Part shown: one piece after another, positions 31,901-42,469 of the stretch | Numbering within the stretch: position 1 is the first letter of the stretch | How the letters are laid out: each line of letters opens with the position of its first letter | From: a virus | Lineage: Duplodnaviria; Heunggongvirae; Uroviricota; Caudoviricetes | Strand: one strand, 5' to 3' | DNA: 64,000 nucleotides | Virus record (IMG/VR): IMGVR_UViG_2875697941_000001 | Position numbers and translations under genes: made by a program | The notes under the pieces: generated by a model | Database searches by the model: none | Seen by the model: only the letters and a program-made list of their open reading frames with translations | What the model was told of the DNA's origin: nothing

Positions 31901-32554
31901 GGCAGGCTACCCACCACCACCGAGGCCAGATACTGCGAGGTGGTTTTGCCCTTAATGGTGATGTCTTTTTCCGTCACCCAGCCACCATTACGCTGTATCT
32001 GAACCAGCAGGCGGACTTCCGACGGATTCCGGTCCCCCTTTGAGGTGGTTTCCACCAGTGCCTGCACACCGAAGGTAAAGCGCAGACGGTCGATGTTTGC
32101 CTTTTTCCGTCACCCAGCCACCATTACGCTGTATCTGAACCAGCAGGCGGACTTCCGACGGATTCCGGTCCCCCTTTGAGGTGGTTTCCACCAGTGCCTG
32201 CACACCGAAGGTAAAGCGCAGACGGTCGATGTTTGCCGACGTGATGGTCCGGGTAATCGGCGTGTCGTACTTCACTTCCGTACCCAGCACCGTCTCGGAG
32301 CCGGAGGATTCAAATCCCTCCGGCGGTGTCTGCTCCTGCTCACCGGCCCGGAACACCACCGTGACGCCGGAGATGTTGGTATTCCCCTCACTGTCCAGCA
32401 CTGGCGTACTGTTCAGCAGCACGCTTTTTAATCCATCCACCGGACCTTCAATCGGCCCTTCGCTGATGGCATCGATCACACTCAGCAACTGCGTGGACTT
32501 CAGGTTGTCCTTCGCTTCGCGCGGAGTATGCCCCTTACTGCTGCCTTTACCCAT
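28991..32554 (-). pseudogene. J: tail tip/host specificity protein J, disrupted
   Basis: Three co-linear ORFs match lambda J N-terminus, middle and C-terminus; broken by a 70-bp deletion near 31411-31440 and a 136-bp tandem duplication at 31966-32236. Confidence 0.8.
31966..32236. repeat. 136-bp perfect tandem duplication inside J
   Basis: Segment CTTTTTCCGTCACCCAGCCACC...GGTCGATGTTTGCC occurs twice head-to-tail. Confidence 0.7.
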
Positions 32555-32613
32555 TCCTCACGCTCCATAAACGACAAAACCGCCCGGAGGCGGTTTCACA
32601 TAAACGTTTTTCA

Positions 32614-33285
32614 TCAGCGACCAATCACCACAACCTGACCACCATCCCCTTCGTCTGCCGTGCTGATCTCCTGAGAAACCACGCGAGACCCCACGCGCAT
32701 TTCCCCGTACAGAACAGGCAGAACATTGCCCTGGGCAACCATGTTATCCAGTGAGGAGAAATAGGTGTTCTGCTTACCGTTATCCGTTGTCTGTGTACGG
32801 GGAGTTCTGGCTTTCGGTGCCAGCATCTGCGCCACACCACCGAGCACCATACTGGCACCGAGAGAAAACAGGATGCCGGTCATACCACCGGCCCCAATGG
32901 CTGCCCCCCATGCTGCAAGGGTGGCTCCGGCAGTAAAGAATGATCCGGCAATGGCGGCAGCCCCCAGAACAATCTGGAATACGCCCCCTGACTTGGCCCC
33001 GGCGACTCTGGGAACAATATGAATCACAGCGCCGTCAGGCAGAGTCTCATGTAACTGCGCCGTTAACCCGGACGTGCTGACGTCCCGCCCGGCAATCCGT
33101 ACCTGATACCAGCCGTCGCTCAGTTTCTGACGAAACGCCGGGAGCTGTGTGGCCAGTGCGCGGATGGCTTCAGCCCCCGTTTTCACACGAAGGTCGATGC
33201 GGCGGCCAAATCGTTGCAAATCCCCGTAAAGGCAGATGCGTGCCATTCCCGGTGACGCCAGAGGGAGTGTGTGCGTCGCTGCCAT
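32614..33285 (-). CDS. I: tail assembly protein I
   Basis: 223 aa; matches lambda I in length and position. Confidence 0.85.
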   Translation of the reverse strand: MAATHTLPLASPGMARICLYGDLQRFGRRIDLRVKTGAEAIRALATQLPAFRQKLSDGWYQVRIAGRDVSTSGLTAQLHETLPDGAVIHIVPRVAGAKSGGVFQIVLGAAAIAGSFFTAGATLAAWGAAIGAGGMTGILFSLGASMVLGGVAQMLAPKARTPRTQTTDNGKQNTYFSSLDNMVAQGNVLPVLYGEMRVGSRVVSQEISTADEGDGGQVVVIGR

Positions 33286-34068
33286 TTGTCGGTGTACCTC
33301 TCTCGTTTGCTCAGTTGTTCAGGAATATGGTGCAGCAGCTCGCTGTCACCACAGTAAATGGCGGCATGATTCGGCACCGATGAACCNNNNNNNNNNNNNN
33401 NNNNNNNGTCGCTGCCATTTGTCGGTGTACCTCTCTCGTTTGCTCAGTTGTTCAGGAATATGGTGCAGCAGCTCGCTGTCACCACAGTAAATGGCGGCAT
33501 GATTCGGCACCGATGAACCAAAACAGCACAGCAGCACATCGCCCGGTTGTGCTGATGACAACGGCACCTGATACAGCCCTGTGGCCTCCAGATTATCCAG
33601 ATAGAGATTCTGACCGTGACGCCACCAGTCATCCTCGCGATGAAAATCCGGCATCTCAATCCCCGCCAGATGGTAAGCATCCCGGAACAGCGTGTAACAG
33701 TCCGTCACCCCGTGCTCAAAGCGCCGCCCGGAAAGATGTGGCACACAGCGGAACTTGTGAATCGCCCCCCGGCAAACCAGCCACCACGGCAAATCACTCT
33801 GCACCTGCAGCCGCCGGTCGGTCTCACTCAGCCAGGGCAGACCACCGGGGTGGCTGTGGACCAGCGCCACAATCTCACCCTGCATCTCTGCCCGCAGCCA
33901 GTCCTCCGGCGACATCCGGAAATACGCCTCCGGCTCACCGGAGATATTCACGCAGGGAAAATATCTTTCCCCCTCCGGTGTTCTCACCACGAAGCCGCAC
34001 GACTCCGCTGGCGCACATCGCCGGGCGTGCGCCAGAATCGCTGATTCTGTCTCTGTCATGGGATTCAC
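33183..34068 (-). CDS. K: tail assembly protein K (NlpC/P60-like), interrupted by scaffold gap
   Basis: N-terminus MTETESAILAHARRCAPAESCGFVV; contains the 23-N gap and a duplicated flank. Confidence 0.75.
33387..33409. other. assembly gap (23 N) with unmerged ~110-bp overlap on both sides
   Basis: Run of N; sequence 33276-33386 is repeated at 33408-33518. Confidence 0.95.
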
Positions 34069-34763
34069 TGCGAAAGTTTGTTAATGGAAAGGAAGCCGCC
34101 AAAGTTGCCGACGTTATTGCGAAACTTACAGCCGCTCAGGCATTTGCTGCATTTATCCTTCGTGATATCGGACGTCGGCTGATCATATTCATCCGCGACC
34201 GCCGGACCGTGATAACCGCACTCATCACCGCGATAGGTCCAGGTGCAGGTGTTGGCCAGCATGATACGTCCCGGAAAAACGGCACCGTCCGTTTCCGTCG
34301 GCGTGGACAGTACAAAAGAGGCACTGACCGCGCTCAGTTCGCTGCACTGCTCGATGCGCCAGCGGCTGATCACCTCCTGCTCCGGATCGGCGTCACTGTT
34401 TCCGTTGACGAAGTTCACCGCATCCAGAAAACGGGCGTAAACCTTACGCCGGACCACCGTTCCGCCGACCAGACTCTGCATATCTTCCGCCATCCCGGTG
34501 ACCATACCGTACAGGTTAGAAACCGTCAGCGTGGGGCGCGTACTGGTGCCTTTGCCATTCAGTTCAAAACCGCTCCCCTGAATGGGATACGGCTGATACT
34601 GTCGCCCCTGCCAGGTGACCGGCTCACCTTTTTCGTTCTGCTCATTACAGAAAAAATAACGTTCTCCACCGACCTCTGTCAGGTCGATTTCCCAGAGCAC
34701 CACGCTGGCCGACTGCTCCGCACGGGTGCATTCATTCAGTGTTTCCTGCCGGATATCCTGCAT
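34065..34763 (-). CDS. L: minor tail protein L
   Basis: 232 aa; lambda L length and position. Confidence 0.85.
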   Translation of the reverse strand: MQDIRQETLNECTRAEQSASVVLWEIDLTEVGGERYFFCNEQNEKGEPVTWQGRQYQPYPIQGSGFELNGKGTSTRPTLTVSNLYGMVTGMAEDMQSLVGGTVVRRKVYARFLDAVNFVNGNSDADPEQEVISRWRIEQCSELSAVSASFVLSTPTETDGAVFPGRIMLANTCTWTYRGDECGYHGPAVADEYDQPTSDITKDKCSKCLSGCKFRNNVGNFGGFLSINKLSQ

Positions 34764-35092
34764 CAGTTCACCACCTGTTCAAACTCTGCGCTGAACTCAA
34801 CACGCAACATACTGACCCGCGACGACCATTTTGCGCAGGTCACCTTTATCTGCCGCCACTCATAAGGCGGCGTCCACAGAAAGGATTTCCAGCCCCCGTG
34901 CTCTTCCAGAAACGACTCCAGTACCGTGGCCTCCTCACGGGGGACAGAAAGCGTCACGCTGTACGTTTTCAGGTTGGCATTCAGCCCGGCAGGCGCTCGC
35001 TGAGAATAGCCATCACCAAAGCGCACCTTTCTTACAGAAGGGACCGAAGCCACATCCATACCGGGTTTCACTTTCCAGCGGAAGGTCTTCAT
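34763..35092 (-). CDS. M: minor tail protein M
   Basis: 109 aa; lambda M length and position. Confidence 0.85.
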   Translation of the reverse strand: MKTFRWKVKPGMDVASVPSVRKVRFGDGYSQRAPAGLNANLKTYSVTLSVPREEATVLESFLEEHGGWKSFLWTPPYEWRQIKVTCAKWSSRVSMLRVEFSAEFEQVVN

Positions 35093-37668
35093 CGTCCACC
35101 TCCGGAGAACAGGCCACCATCACGCATCTGTGTCTGAATTTCATCACGGGCACCCTTGCGGGCCATGTCATACACCGCCTTCAGAGCAGCCGGACCTATC
35201 TGACCGTTCGTGCCGTCGTTGTTAATCACCACATGGTTATTCTGCTCAAACGTCCCGGACGCCTGCGACCGGCTGTCTGCCATGCTGCCCGGTGTACCGA
35301 CATAACCGCCGGTGGCATAGCCGCGCATCAGCCGGTAAAGATTCCCCACGCCAATCCGGCTGGTTGCCTCCTTCGTGAAGACAAATTCACCACGGTGAAC
35401 AATCCCCGCTGGCTCATATTTGCCGCCGGTTCCCGTAAATCCTCCGGTTGCAAAATGGAATTTCGCCGCAGCGGCCTGAATGGCTGTACCGCCTGACGCG
35501 GATGCGCCGCCACCAACAGCCCCGCCAATGGCGCTGCCGATACTCCCGACAATCCCCACCATTGCCTGCTTAAGCAGAATTTCTGTCATCATGGACAGCA
35601 CGGAACGGGTGAAGCTGCGCCAGTTCTGCTCACTGCCGGTCAGCATCGCCGCCATATTCTGTGCAATACCATCAAAGGTCTGCGTGGCTGCACTTTTTAC
35701 CTGCGACATACTGTCCGTGGCGCTCTCTTCCCACTCACTCCAGCCGGACTTCAGGCCTGCCATCCAGCTCCCGCGAAGCTGGTCTTCAGCCGCCCAGGTC
35801 TTTTTCTGCTCTGACATGACGTTATTCAGCGCCAGCGGATTATCGCCATACTGTTCCTTCAGGCGCTGTTCCGTGGCTTCCCGTTCTGCCTGCCGGTCAG
35901 TCAGCCCCCGGCTTTTCGCATCAATGGCGGCCCGTTTTGCCCGTTGCTGCTGTGCGAATTTATCCGCCTGCTGCGCCAGCGCGTTCAGGCGCTCCTGATA
36001 CGTAACCTTGTCGCCAAGTGCAGCCAGCTGGCGTTTGTACTCCAGCGTCTCATCTTTATGCGCCAGCAGGGATTTCTCCTGTGCAGACAGCTGGCGACGT
36101 TGCGCCGCCTCCTCCAGTACCGCAAACTGGCTCTCCGCCTTCCACAAATCCCGGCGCTGCTGGCTGATTTTCTCATTTGCTCCGGCATGCTTCTCCAGCG
36201 TCCGGAGTTCAGCCTGAAGCGTCAGCAGGGCAGCATGAGCACTGTCTTCCTGACGATCGCCCGCAGACACCTTCACGCCGGACTGTTTCGGCTTTTTCAG
36301 CGTCGCTTCATAATCCTTTTTCGCCGCCGCCATCAGCGTGTTGTAATCCGCCTGCAGGATTTTCCCGTCTTTCAGTGCCTTGTTCAGTTCTTCCTGACGG
36401 GCGGTATATTTCTCCAGCGGCGTCTGCAGCCGTTCGTAAGCCTTCTGCGCCTCTTCGGTATATTTCAGCCGTGATGCCTCAGACTCGGCCCAGTCCTTTG
36501 CTGCCATCTCTCTGGCCTTTTCAAGATCGGCCTGCAACGTGGCGGCTGAAAGCCCAAGTTGCGCATTCGCTCTGTCCTCCCATGCTCCCCGGAGATTGGC
36601 AAGAAATGCTGAGGTTTTACCGCGCCGGTGGCTCCGGCTCTGATACCACTGCCATTTTTTGTCCGCCTCATCAAAAGCCTTTTCTGCTTTCTCCAGCATT
36701 CCCTGGGCAGTGTCCGGGCGACCAATATCCAGCACCGAATCCCACATGGATTTGAATGCCCGTGCTGTCCTGTCTGCCCAGGTCTCCAGCGTGCCCATGT
36801 TCTCTTTCAGGCGGCGGGTCTGGTCATCAAACCCTTTCGTTGCGGCCTCGTTCGCCGCCTGCAATGCCCCGGCTTCATCGCCGGAACGCTGCAACTGAGC
36901 AACATACGCAATCTGCTCCGCCGTCACGTTATGGAACTGACGTGCCATCGCTGTCAGTCCCGACGTCGGGTCTGTGGTCAGCTTCCCGAAGGCTTCAGCG
37001 ACCTTGTCCACCTCCACGCCGGATGCAGAGGAGAAACGCGCCACACTCTGGCTGATCGCCTCAAACTGCTCACCACCACGCACACCGGCATTCACCAGCG
37101 CCGTCAGTGACTCGCTGGTCTGGTTAAACGTCAGCCCTGCCGCCTGCCCGGCTCTGGACAGGACCAGCATACGATCTGCCGTCAGTCCCGCCTGATTGCC
37201 GGAAAGGACCAGCGTTTTGTTGAAATCGGACAGGGTTGAGTTGCCCTGATACCAGGCATACGCCAGCGCACCGGTCGCCACCGCCAGCGAGGTGGCCCCC
37301 ACCATCGGCAGGGTGATCGCACCGGCAAGCCCCCTGAACATGGGGATCATCCCGCCGAAGGAGTCCTTAACCTGACCCCCCTGTTGCAGCAGGATCAGCC
37401 ACGGGCTTTGCCCGCCTGCAAGCTGCGTGGCCACGTCGGTGAACTGTGCAGGCAGCATACGCATGGCGGCTTTATACTGCCCGACGGAAATCCCCGCTTT
37501 CTGTGCAGCCAGCGCCTGTCGGCTCAGCGACTGTTCAACGACTGCCGCTGTTTTTTTCGCATCAGTTTCCGTACCGGAAAAATGACGCCTGACTCTGGCC
37601 ATCTGCTCGTCAAATCTGGCCGCATCCAGACTTAAATCAACGACCAGATCGCCTACCGGTTCAGCCAT
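35089..37668 (-). CDS. H: tail tape measure protein H
   Basis: 859 aa, long helical Ala/Gln-rich protein with Gly-rich C-terminal region. Confidence 0.9.
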   Translation of the reverse strand: MAEPVGDLVVDLSLDAARFDEQMARVRRHFSGTETDAKKTAAVVEQSLSRQALAAQKAGISVGQYKAAMRMLPAQFTDVATQLAGGQSPWLILLQQGGQVKDSFGGMIPMFRGLAGAITLPMVGATSLAVATGALAYAWYQGNSTLSDFNKTLVLSGNQAGLTADRMLVLSRAGQAAGLTFNQTSESLTALVNAGVRGGEQFEAISQSVARFSSASGVEVDKVAEAFGKLTTDPTSGLTAMARQFHNVTAEQIAYVAQLQRSGDEAGALQAANEAATKGFDDQTRRLKENMGTLETWADRTARAFKSMWDSVLDIGRPDTAQGMLEKAEKAFDEADKKWQWYQSRSHRRGKTSAFLANLRGAWEDRANAQLGLSAATLQADLEKAREMAAKDWAESEASRLKYTEEAQKAYERLQTPLEKYTARQEELNKALKDGKILQADYNTLMAAAKKDYEATLKKPKQSGVKVSAGDRQEDSAHAALLTLQAELRTLEKHAGANEKISQQRRDLWKAESQFAVLEEAAQRRQLSAQEKSLLAHKDETLEYKRQLAALGDKVTYQERLNALAQQADKFAQQQRAKRAAIDAKSRGLTDRQAEREATEQRLKEQYGDNPLALNNVMSEQKKTWAAEDQLRGSWMAGLKSGWSEWEESATDSMSQVKSAATQTFDGIAQNMAAMLTGSEQNWRSFTRSVLSMMTEILLKQAMVGIVGSIGSAIGGAVGGGASASGGTAIQAAAAKFHFATGGFTGTGGKYEPAGIVHRGEFVFTKEATSRIGVGNLYRLMRGYATGGYVGTPGSMADSRSQASGTFEQNNHVVINNDGTNGQIGPAALKAVYDMARKGARDEIQTQMRDGGLFSGGGR

Positions 37669-38095
37669 ACCGGACTCCTCCTGCGATCCCTTCTGATACT
37701 GTCATCAGCATTACGTCATCCTCCGTCATGTCCGCCACATCCGGGGAAGCGGGGATAACTTCATTCCCGTCCGGGCCAAAGCGGACGCCTCCGGCAAGCC
37801 CTGCCGCTTTCTGCATCAGCACATCATCTTCAGGCTCTTCGTCAGCCTCACGCCGGTTCAGCAGACTGAAATCCAGCGGATGCATATCCGGATCGCTGAA
37901 AAACAGGCTGAGCACGGTGTACGTCAGCCCGGAAAAGTGCATATCCAGCAGAACATCATGAAAATAATGGGTACTGTAAAAGCGGTGCCAGTCGGCATAC
38001 TCCGTGGATGACATCCCGGCAAGCATGGCACGCCAGTCGGGTCGCCCCATCTCTCGCGCCAGTTTCAGGGCAAAACTCAGCTCACCATCGAACAC
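37661..38095 (-). CDS. T: tail assembly chaperone T segment (expressed as G-T fusion by -1 frameshift)
   Basis: ORF in -1 frame overlapping the 3' end of G, as in lambda. Confidence 0.7.
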   Translation of the reverse strand: MFDGELSFALKLAREMGRPDWRAMLAGMSSTEYADWHRFYSTHYFHDVLLDMHFSGLTYTVLSLFFSDPDMHPLDFSLLNRREADEEPEDDVLMQKAAGLAGGVRFGPDGNEVIPASPDVADMTEDDVMLMTVSEGIAGGVRYG

Positions 38096-38499
38096 TTTCC
38101 CGCAGAAACAGGCTCTGCAGGCCCGGCGTCCTCTGTCTGTTCAGGAGCATCATTCACCACAAACTCATACATACCGGACAGCCGGTACACCACGTTTTCA
38201 GCATGAGAAATTGCCTCCGTGGGCCAGGTGGTAAGCACTTCCTGCTCAATCTGTTTAACGGCTTCATTCATGGAAGGCAGCTTTGTCTTCTTCGGATGGT
38301 TATGCCACAGGGACATCGCCACCAGAAACGCGCCGGTTCTGATGGCGTCTTCCACAGTAAACTTCCGGTTGCTGTCTGACTCCGCCTGTTCTGCCTGCCG
38401 TTTCATCAGGGCGAGATGCTCAATTCGCTGCAGGGCTGACAGTTCAGAAAGCGTGACGGTCACACCGTTATGTTCAAATGATTCGGTTTTCAGGAACAT
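38077..38499 (-). CDS. G: tail assembly chaperone G
   Basis: 140 aa; lambda G length; precedes T. Confidence 0.85.
   Translation of the reverse strand: MFLKTESFEHNGVTVTLSELSALQRIEHLALMKRQAEQAESDSNRKFTVEDAIRTGAFLVAMSLWHNHPKKTKLPSMNEAVKQIEQEVLTTWPTEAISHAENVVYRLSGMYEFVVNDAPEQTEDAGPAEPVSAGKCSMVS
38095..38101 (-). promoter_or_regulatory. programmed -1 ribosomal frameshift slippery site
   Basis: GGGAAAG heptamer on the minus strand in the G/T overlap. Confidence 0.5.
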
Positions 38500-38514
38500 C
38501 GCTGACTCCCCGGA

Positions 38515-39255
38515 TTAACTGGCGGTGACGGTGATTTCTGCAACCGCAGCAAGTTCACCATTACCGGATACGACCGGAATGTTGACCTTGCCTGCAGCAA
38601 CACCTTTCACGGTGATGGTCATACCACTGACCGACACGGTGGCTTTTGTTTTATCCGCAGACACCGCACGGAAGCTCTTGTCGGTTGCGCCTTCCGGCTG
38701 GAATGCCACGGTCAGCGTGGTGCTCTGCCCTTTCACCACCGAGGTGCTGGCAGGCGTCACAGTCATGCCGGTTGTCGCCGTCACCGTGCTGCGATCTTCT
38801 GCCATCGACGGACGGCCCACGTTGGTGACTTTCACCGTGCGGGTGATCACTTCCTTCGCCGTCACCGCCTTACCGATACTGCTGACCCAGCCGCGGAACA
38901 CATCGACCGTGCCGTTCGGGAAGCGGATTTTATAGGCTCGGGTATCCCCTTCATTAAACCACGCCAGCAGCGCCTGCTGCCCCTGCTCTCCGGGCATCCA
39001 CGCCAGCGTGAAGCTGGTATCTCCGGCAGATTTCTGCCCCTGCCCGGTCGCAGTCCAGTCTGCATCTTCATCATCGAGATAGCTGTCGTCATAGGACTCA
39101 GCGGTCAGTTCGCCGGGCGTCAGGTCTTTAACTTTTGCCAGACGCGACCAGTCAACGTCTGAAAGCGGGTTCGCATAAGGGTCACCGTTCCCCTTATAAA
39201 CCCACAGGGTGGTCCCGGCCCCTTTCACCGGCATTACTGGATTTGGTACAGGCAT
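38515..39255 (-). CDS. V: major tail protein V
   Basis: Start at MPVPNP; C-terminal Ig-like region. Confidence 0.85.
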   Translation of the reverse strand: MPVPNPVMPVKGAGTTLWVYKGNGDPYANPLSDVDWSRLAKVKDLTPGELTAESYDDSYLDDEDADWTATGQGQKSAGDTSFTLAWMPGEQGQQALLAWFNEGDTRAYKIRFPNGTVDVFRGWVSSIGKAVTAKEVITRTVKVTNVGRPSMAEDRSTVTATTGMTVTPASTSVVKGQSTTLTVAFQPEGATDKSFRAVSADKTKATVSVSGMTITVKGVAAGKVNIPVVSGNGELAAVAEITVTAS

Positions 39256-39262
39256 AGCGTCC

Positions 39263-39658
39263 TCACATTTCATAGGTAATGACATAAGTCAGATCGGCTG
39301 AACTCCACAGGCCCGCATCATCGTCGCGCCGGTAGTCATAGCCGCTGGCCACCATACTGGTGATCAAATCTGACAGTGCCGGGATATCACTCATCACCGG
39401 ATAAATCCGGGACTCCATCCACGCATCCAGCTCTGAATCCGGCACCTGAGCAGGCAGGAAAACTTCAATATGCAGCTCCGCCTGCCATGTATCGCTGTCC
39501 AGCTCTTCGCCCGTGTATTCAGCGCCGGTGAGATAAACGGCAACTGCCGGAAAATCCGCCTCATCAAAAACAGCGGGGCGACCATCAAAAAACGTCGCCC
39601 CGGTGTCATGCTTCTCCAGTGCATCCAGTACGGCTGCACGGAGTTCAGTATGTTTCAT
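39263..39658 (-). CDS. U: tail terminator protein U
   Basis: 131 aa; lambda U length and position. Confidence 0.85.
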   Translation of the reverse strand: MKHTELRAAVLDALEKHDTGATFFDGRPAVFDEADFPAVAVYLTGAEYTGEELDSDTWQAELHIEVFLPAQVPDSELDAWMESRIYPVMSDIPALSDLITSMVASGYDYRRDDDAGLWSSADLTYVITYEM

Positions 39659-40233
39659 CGCTTTATTACCATTCTCAGTTGATGCTGCAGCGCATAGCCC
39701 AGCTCTTTCGGAAGACGTTCACGCCGTATCCGTTCAATATTCTGTTTAAACGCCGTGGTCAGCGGCACCGCCATCGGGATTTTCACCACATCAATGGGGT
39801 AACGGTTTTTCCCGGCCACACGCTGCATGACATGCCAGCGGCCATTTTTCAGTTGCTGAATAAACGCGCCGGGAATACGACGGTTTCCCACCACAAGCAC
39901 GCTGCCGCCACCTTTCAGGGATGAACGCTGCCCCTTTTTACGACGTCTGCGGCGGGAAAGGACAACCCGCGCGTTACCCAGCTTGATTACGGGCAAATCC
40001 CCCCGGTTAACCCTGATTCTGGCCTGCGGATTTTTGACCGTGGCCCTTTTCAGCCTGGCCCTTTCCTTTACCAGTTTCCGGCGTACCTTTGTCTCACGGG
40101 CAACCTGTGACGCCGACTGCGATATCGCGGATGACGCAACGCGGTTAATGGCCATTGCGGCGGCACCAGGCACCGCCGTTTTGCTGATACGGCTGAGGTT
40201 TTCAACGGCCTGCTCAAGACCTTTTATGGCCAT
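39655..40233 (-). CDS. Z: tail completion protein Z
   Basis: 192 aa; lambda Z length and position. Confidence 0.85.
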   Translation of the reverse strand: MAIKGLEQAVENLSRISKTAVPGAAAMAINRVASSAISQSASQVARETKVRRKLVKERARLKRATVKNPQARIRVNRGDLPVIKLGNARVVLSRRRRRKKGQRSSLKGGGSVLVVGNRRIPGAFIQQLKNGRWHVMQRVAGKNRYPIDVVKIPMAVPLTTAFKQNIERIRRERLPKELGYALQHQLRMVIKR

Positions 40234-40244
40234 ACATCCCCCTT

Positions 40245-40598
40245 TCAGCGGCGACGGTTAACGGCAGGCGGCACGCCACGCCCAAGCCAGAGATGACAGC
40301 TTCCGCCATCATCCGGCGAAATCCGGTCCACCCAGAAGTTTTCCTCGCCGATGGTCAGTGTGTCTCCACGCCGCAGCTGCCGCACATCATCAGTCCGGAC
40401 AAACAGGGACGGGCTGGAGCCTTCAACGCGCACGCCCTGTCCGGCATAGCTGATATTTTCAGGGTCATCAAAAACACCACGTATCACAGCACCGGACAGC
40501 TCACCGGATGTCATGGTGGCTGACGTTCCCATGTACCCGCGTATCGTTTCATCGGCGCGGGCAATGGCAGCATCGAACAGGTTATCGGAATCAGCCAC
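40245..40598 (-). CDS. FII: head-tail joining protein FII
   Basis: 117 aa; lambda FII length and position. Confidence 0.8.
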   Translation of the reverse strand: MADSDNLFDAAIARADETIRGYMGTSATMTSGELSGAVIRGVFDDPENISYAGQGVRVEGSSPSLFVRTDDVRQLRRGDTLTIGEENFWVDRISPDDGGSCHLWLGRGVPPAVNRRR

Positions 40599-40609
40599 AG
40601 CGCCTCCCG

Positions 40610-41005
40610 TTATTGCATTCTGGCCAGGCCATGTTCTGTCATTTCGGCTGCCACACCGGCAGAGACACGAAACGCCGTTCCCGGCAGCACAAATGCCACA
40701 GGCTCATCCCGCGTGGCGTGAAGTGCATCAGTATGCAGCGTCACCAGTGCCACGACCGTGACCAGAGCAGCCGTATCAATCACGGTATCCGGCTGCGCTG
40801 ATACCACCTCATTTTCATGTCCGGTCAGCGCATTTTCCGGGCTGACAGATGTGTCCTGACCGGCAGCGTCATCCGTGTCATCAAGCTCCTCTTCCAGCTC
40901 TGCCACACGGAGCACCAGTTCTTCTTTCGTCCCCGTCAGGCTGACATCACGGTTCAGTTGCTCACCCAGCACCTGAAGACGGGCAATCAGTTCATCTTTC
41001 GTCAT
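40610..41005 (-). CDS. FI: DNA packaging protein FI
   Basis: ~131 aa from MTKDELIARLQ; acidic. Confidence 0.75.
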   Translation of the reverse strand: MTKDELIARLQVLGEQLNRDVSLTGTKEELVLRVAELEEELDDTDDAAGQDTSVSPENALTGHENEVVSAQPDTVIDTAALVTVVALVTLHTDALHATRDEPVAFVLPGTAFRVSAGVAAEMTEHGLARMQ

Positions 41006-41046
41006 GGACTCCTCCACAGAGAGAAAATGGCCCCGAAGGGCCATGA

Positions 41047-42072
41047 TTACGCCAGTTGTACGGACACGAACGCATCAGGATCAGCCAGCAGCATCAGCGG
41101 TGCTGACTGAATCATGGTGAACTCACGCGCCGGATCGCCGGTGGTCACCCAGTTTTTCGGGTAGCGGGCAGAGGCGTTAATACCTTCGCGCTGTGCGTCC
41201 GCATCCTGAATGCAGCCATAGGTGCGCAGACCGCGTGCCTGAGTGTTCCCCAGCACCATCGTGTTGTCCGGCAGGAAGTTCTTTTTGACGTCGTTTTCCA
41301 CGTACTGTCCGGAATACACGACGATCGCCGTATCGCCATACATCCCCTTATAGGACACCGCTTCGCCCAGGTCTTTTACCGCTGTCTCCAGCTCGGAATG
41401 AGAGCCGCGACGGGTATCCAGCTTCTCCTTGACGGCTTTGAAGGAACGGAACAGCGCCCAGCCTTTCGGATCAAACACGATGATATTCACCACGCCGCTG
41501 GCGTTCAGCGCATAGGCTTCGATATCGTCGGTCGGGTCATACGTGGACTTGTCACGCTTGCTCCACTCCGTACCACCGGACTGTGTGATGTTGTTCGCCG
41601 CACTGCGGCCCATATCCACCTCAACCGGATCGAAGGCTTCACCGGTCATGGTGTATTTGCCCTTAAGCACAGCAGAAACGGCCTGCATCTCTTCGACCTG
41701 AGCAATGGCCAGCTCTTCGTCTCGCATGTTCTGCAGGATGATGCGACGGCGGCGGTAAGCCGGGTCCGCCAGATTCTGCGGATCTTCATCCGGCAGGCGA
41801 CGCAGGGTCATCTGCGGATTCACCTCATGCTTGGGTTTGACATATCCCGGCGTAAATTCAGAGGTGGAGCCGCCACGGGAACGGATAACCTCACCGGAAA
41901 CAATCGGCGAAACGTACAGCGCCATGTTTACCAGTCCCGGAATTTGTGAGAGATAGACTTTCTCCGTGGTGAAGGGATAGCTCTCACGGAAAAAGAGACG
42001 CAGAAACAGCGGATCAAACTTAAATTTCTGCTCATTTGCCGCCAGCAGCTGGGCGGTTGTGTACATCGACAT
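41047..42072 (-). CDS. E: major capsid protein E
   Basis: Start MSMYTTAQLLAANEQKFKFDPLFLRLFF; near-identical to recalled lambda E. Confidence 0.9.
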   Translation of the reverse strand: MSMYTTAQLLAANEQKFKFDPLFLRLFFRESYPFTTEKVYLSQIPGLVNMALYVSPIVSGEVIRSRGGSTSEFTPGYVKPKHEVNPQMTLRRLPDEDPQNLADPAYRRRRIILQNMRDEELAIAQVEEMQAVSAVLKGKYTMTGEAFDPVEVDMGRSAANNITQSGGTEWSKRDKSTYDPTDDIEAYALNASGVVNIIVFDPKGWALFRSFKAVKEKLDTRRGSHSELETAVKDLGEAVSYKGMYGDTAIVVYSGQYVENDVKKNFLPDNTMVLGNTQARGLRTYGCIQDADAQREGINASARYPKNWVTTGDPAREFTMIQSAPLMLLADPDAFVSVQLA

Positions 42073-42127
42073 AAAAAAATCCCGTAAAAAAAGCCGCACA
42101 GGCGGCCTTTAGTGATGAAGGGTAAGG

Positions 42128-42460
42128 TTAAACGATGCTGATTGCCGTTCCGGCAAACGCGGTCCGTTTTTTCGTCTCGTCGCTGGCAGCCTCCGGCCAG
42201 AGCACATCCTCATAACGGAACGTGCCGGACTTGTAGAACGTCAGCGTGGTGCTGGTCTGGTCAGCATCAACCGCCAGAATGCCAACGGCAGTACCGTCGG
42301 TGGTGCCATCCCACGCAACCAGCTTACGGGTGGAGGTGTCCAGCATCAGCGGGGTCATTGCAGGCGCTTTCGCACTCAATCCGCCGGGCGCGGTTGCCGT
42401 ATGTGCCGGGTCACTGTTGCCCAGCGGCTGGTAATGGGTAAAGGTTTCTTTGCTCGTCAT
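42128..42460 (-). CDS. D: head decoration protein D
   Basis: [12 protein letters not shown]...; near-identical to recalled lambda D. Confidence 0.9.
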   Translation of the reverse strand: MTSKETFTHYQPLGNSDPAHTATAPGGLSAKAPAMTPLMLDTSTRKLVAWDGTTDGTAVGILAVDADQTSTTLTFYKSGTFRYEDVLWPEAASDETKKRTAFAGTAISIV

Positions 42461-42469
42461 AAACATCCC

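Noticed and set aside
35480-37110. Multiple overlapping plus-strand ORFs inside the tape-measure gene H
   Set aside because: Out-of-frame or antisense ORFs within a well-supported 859-aa gene; low-complexity Ser/Arg/Ala translations
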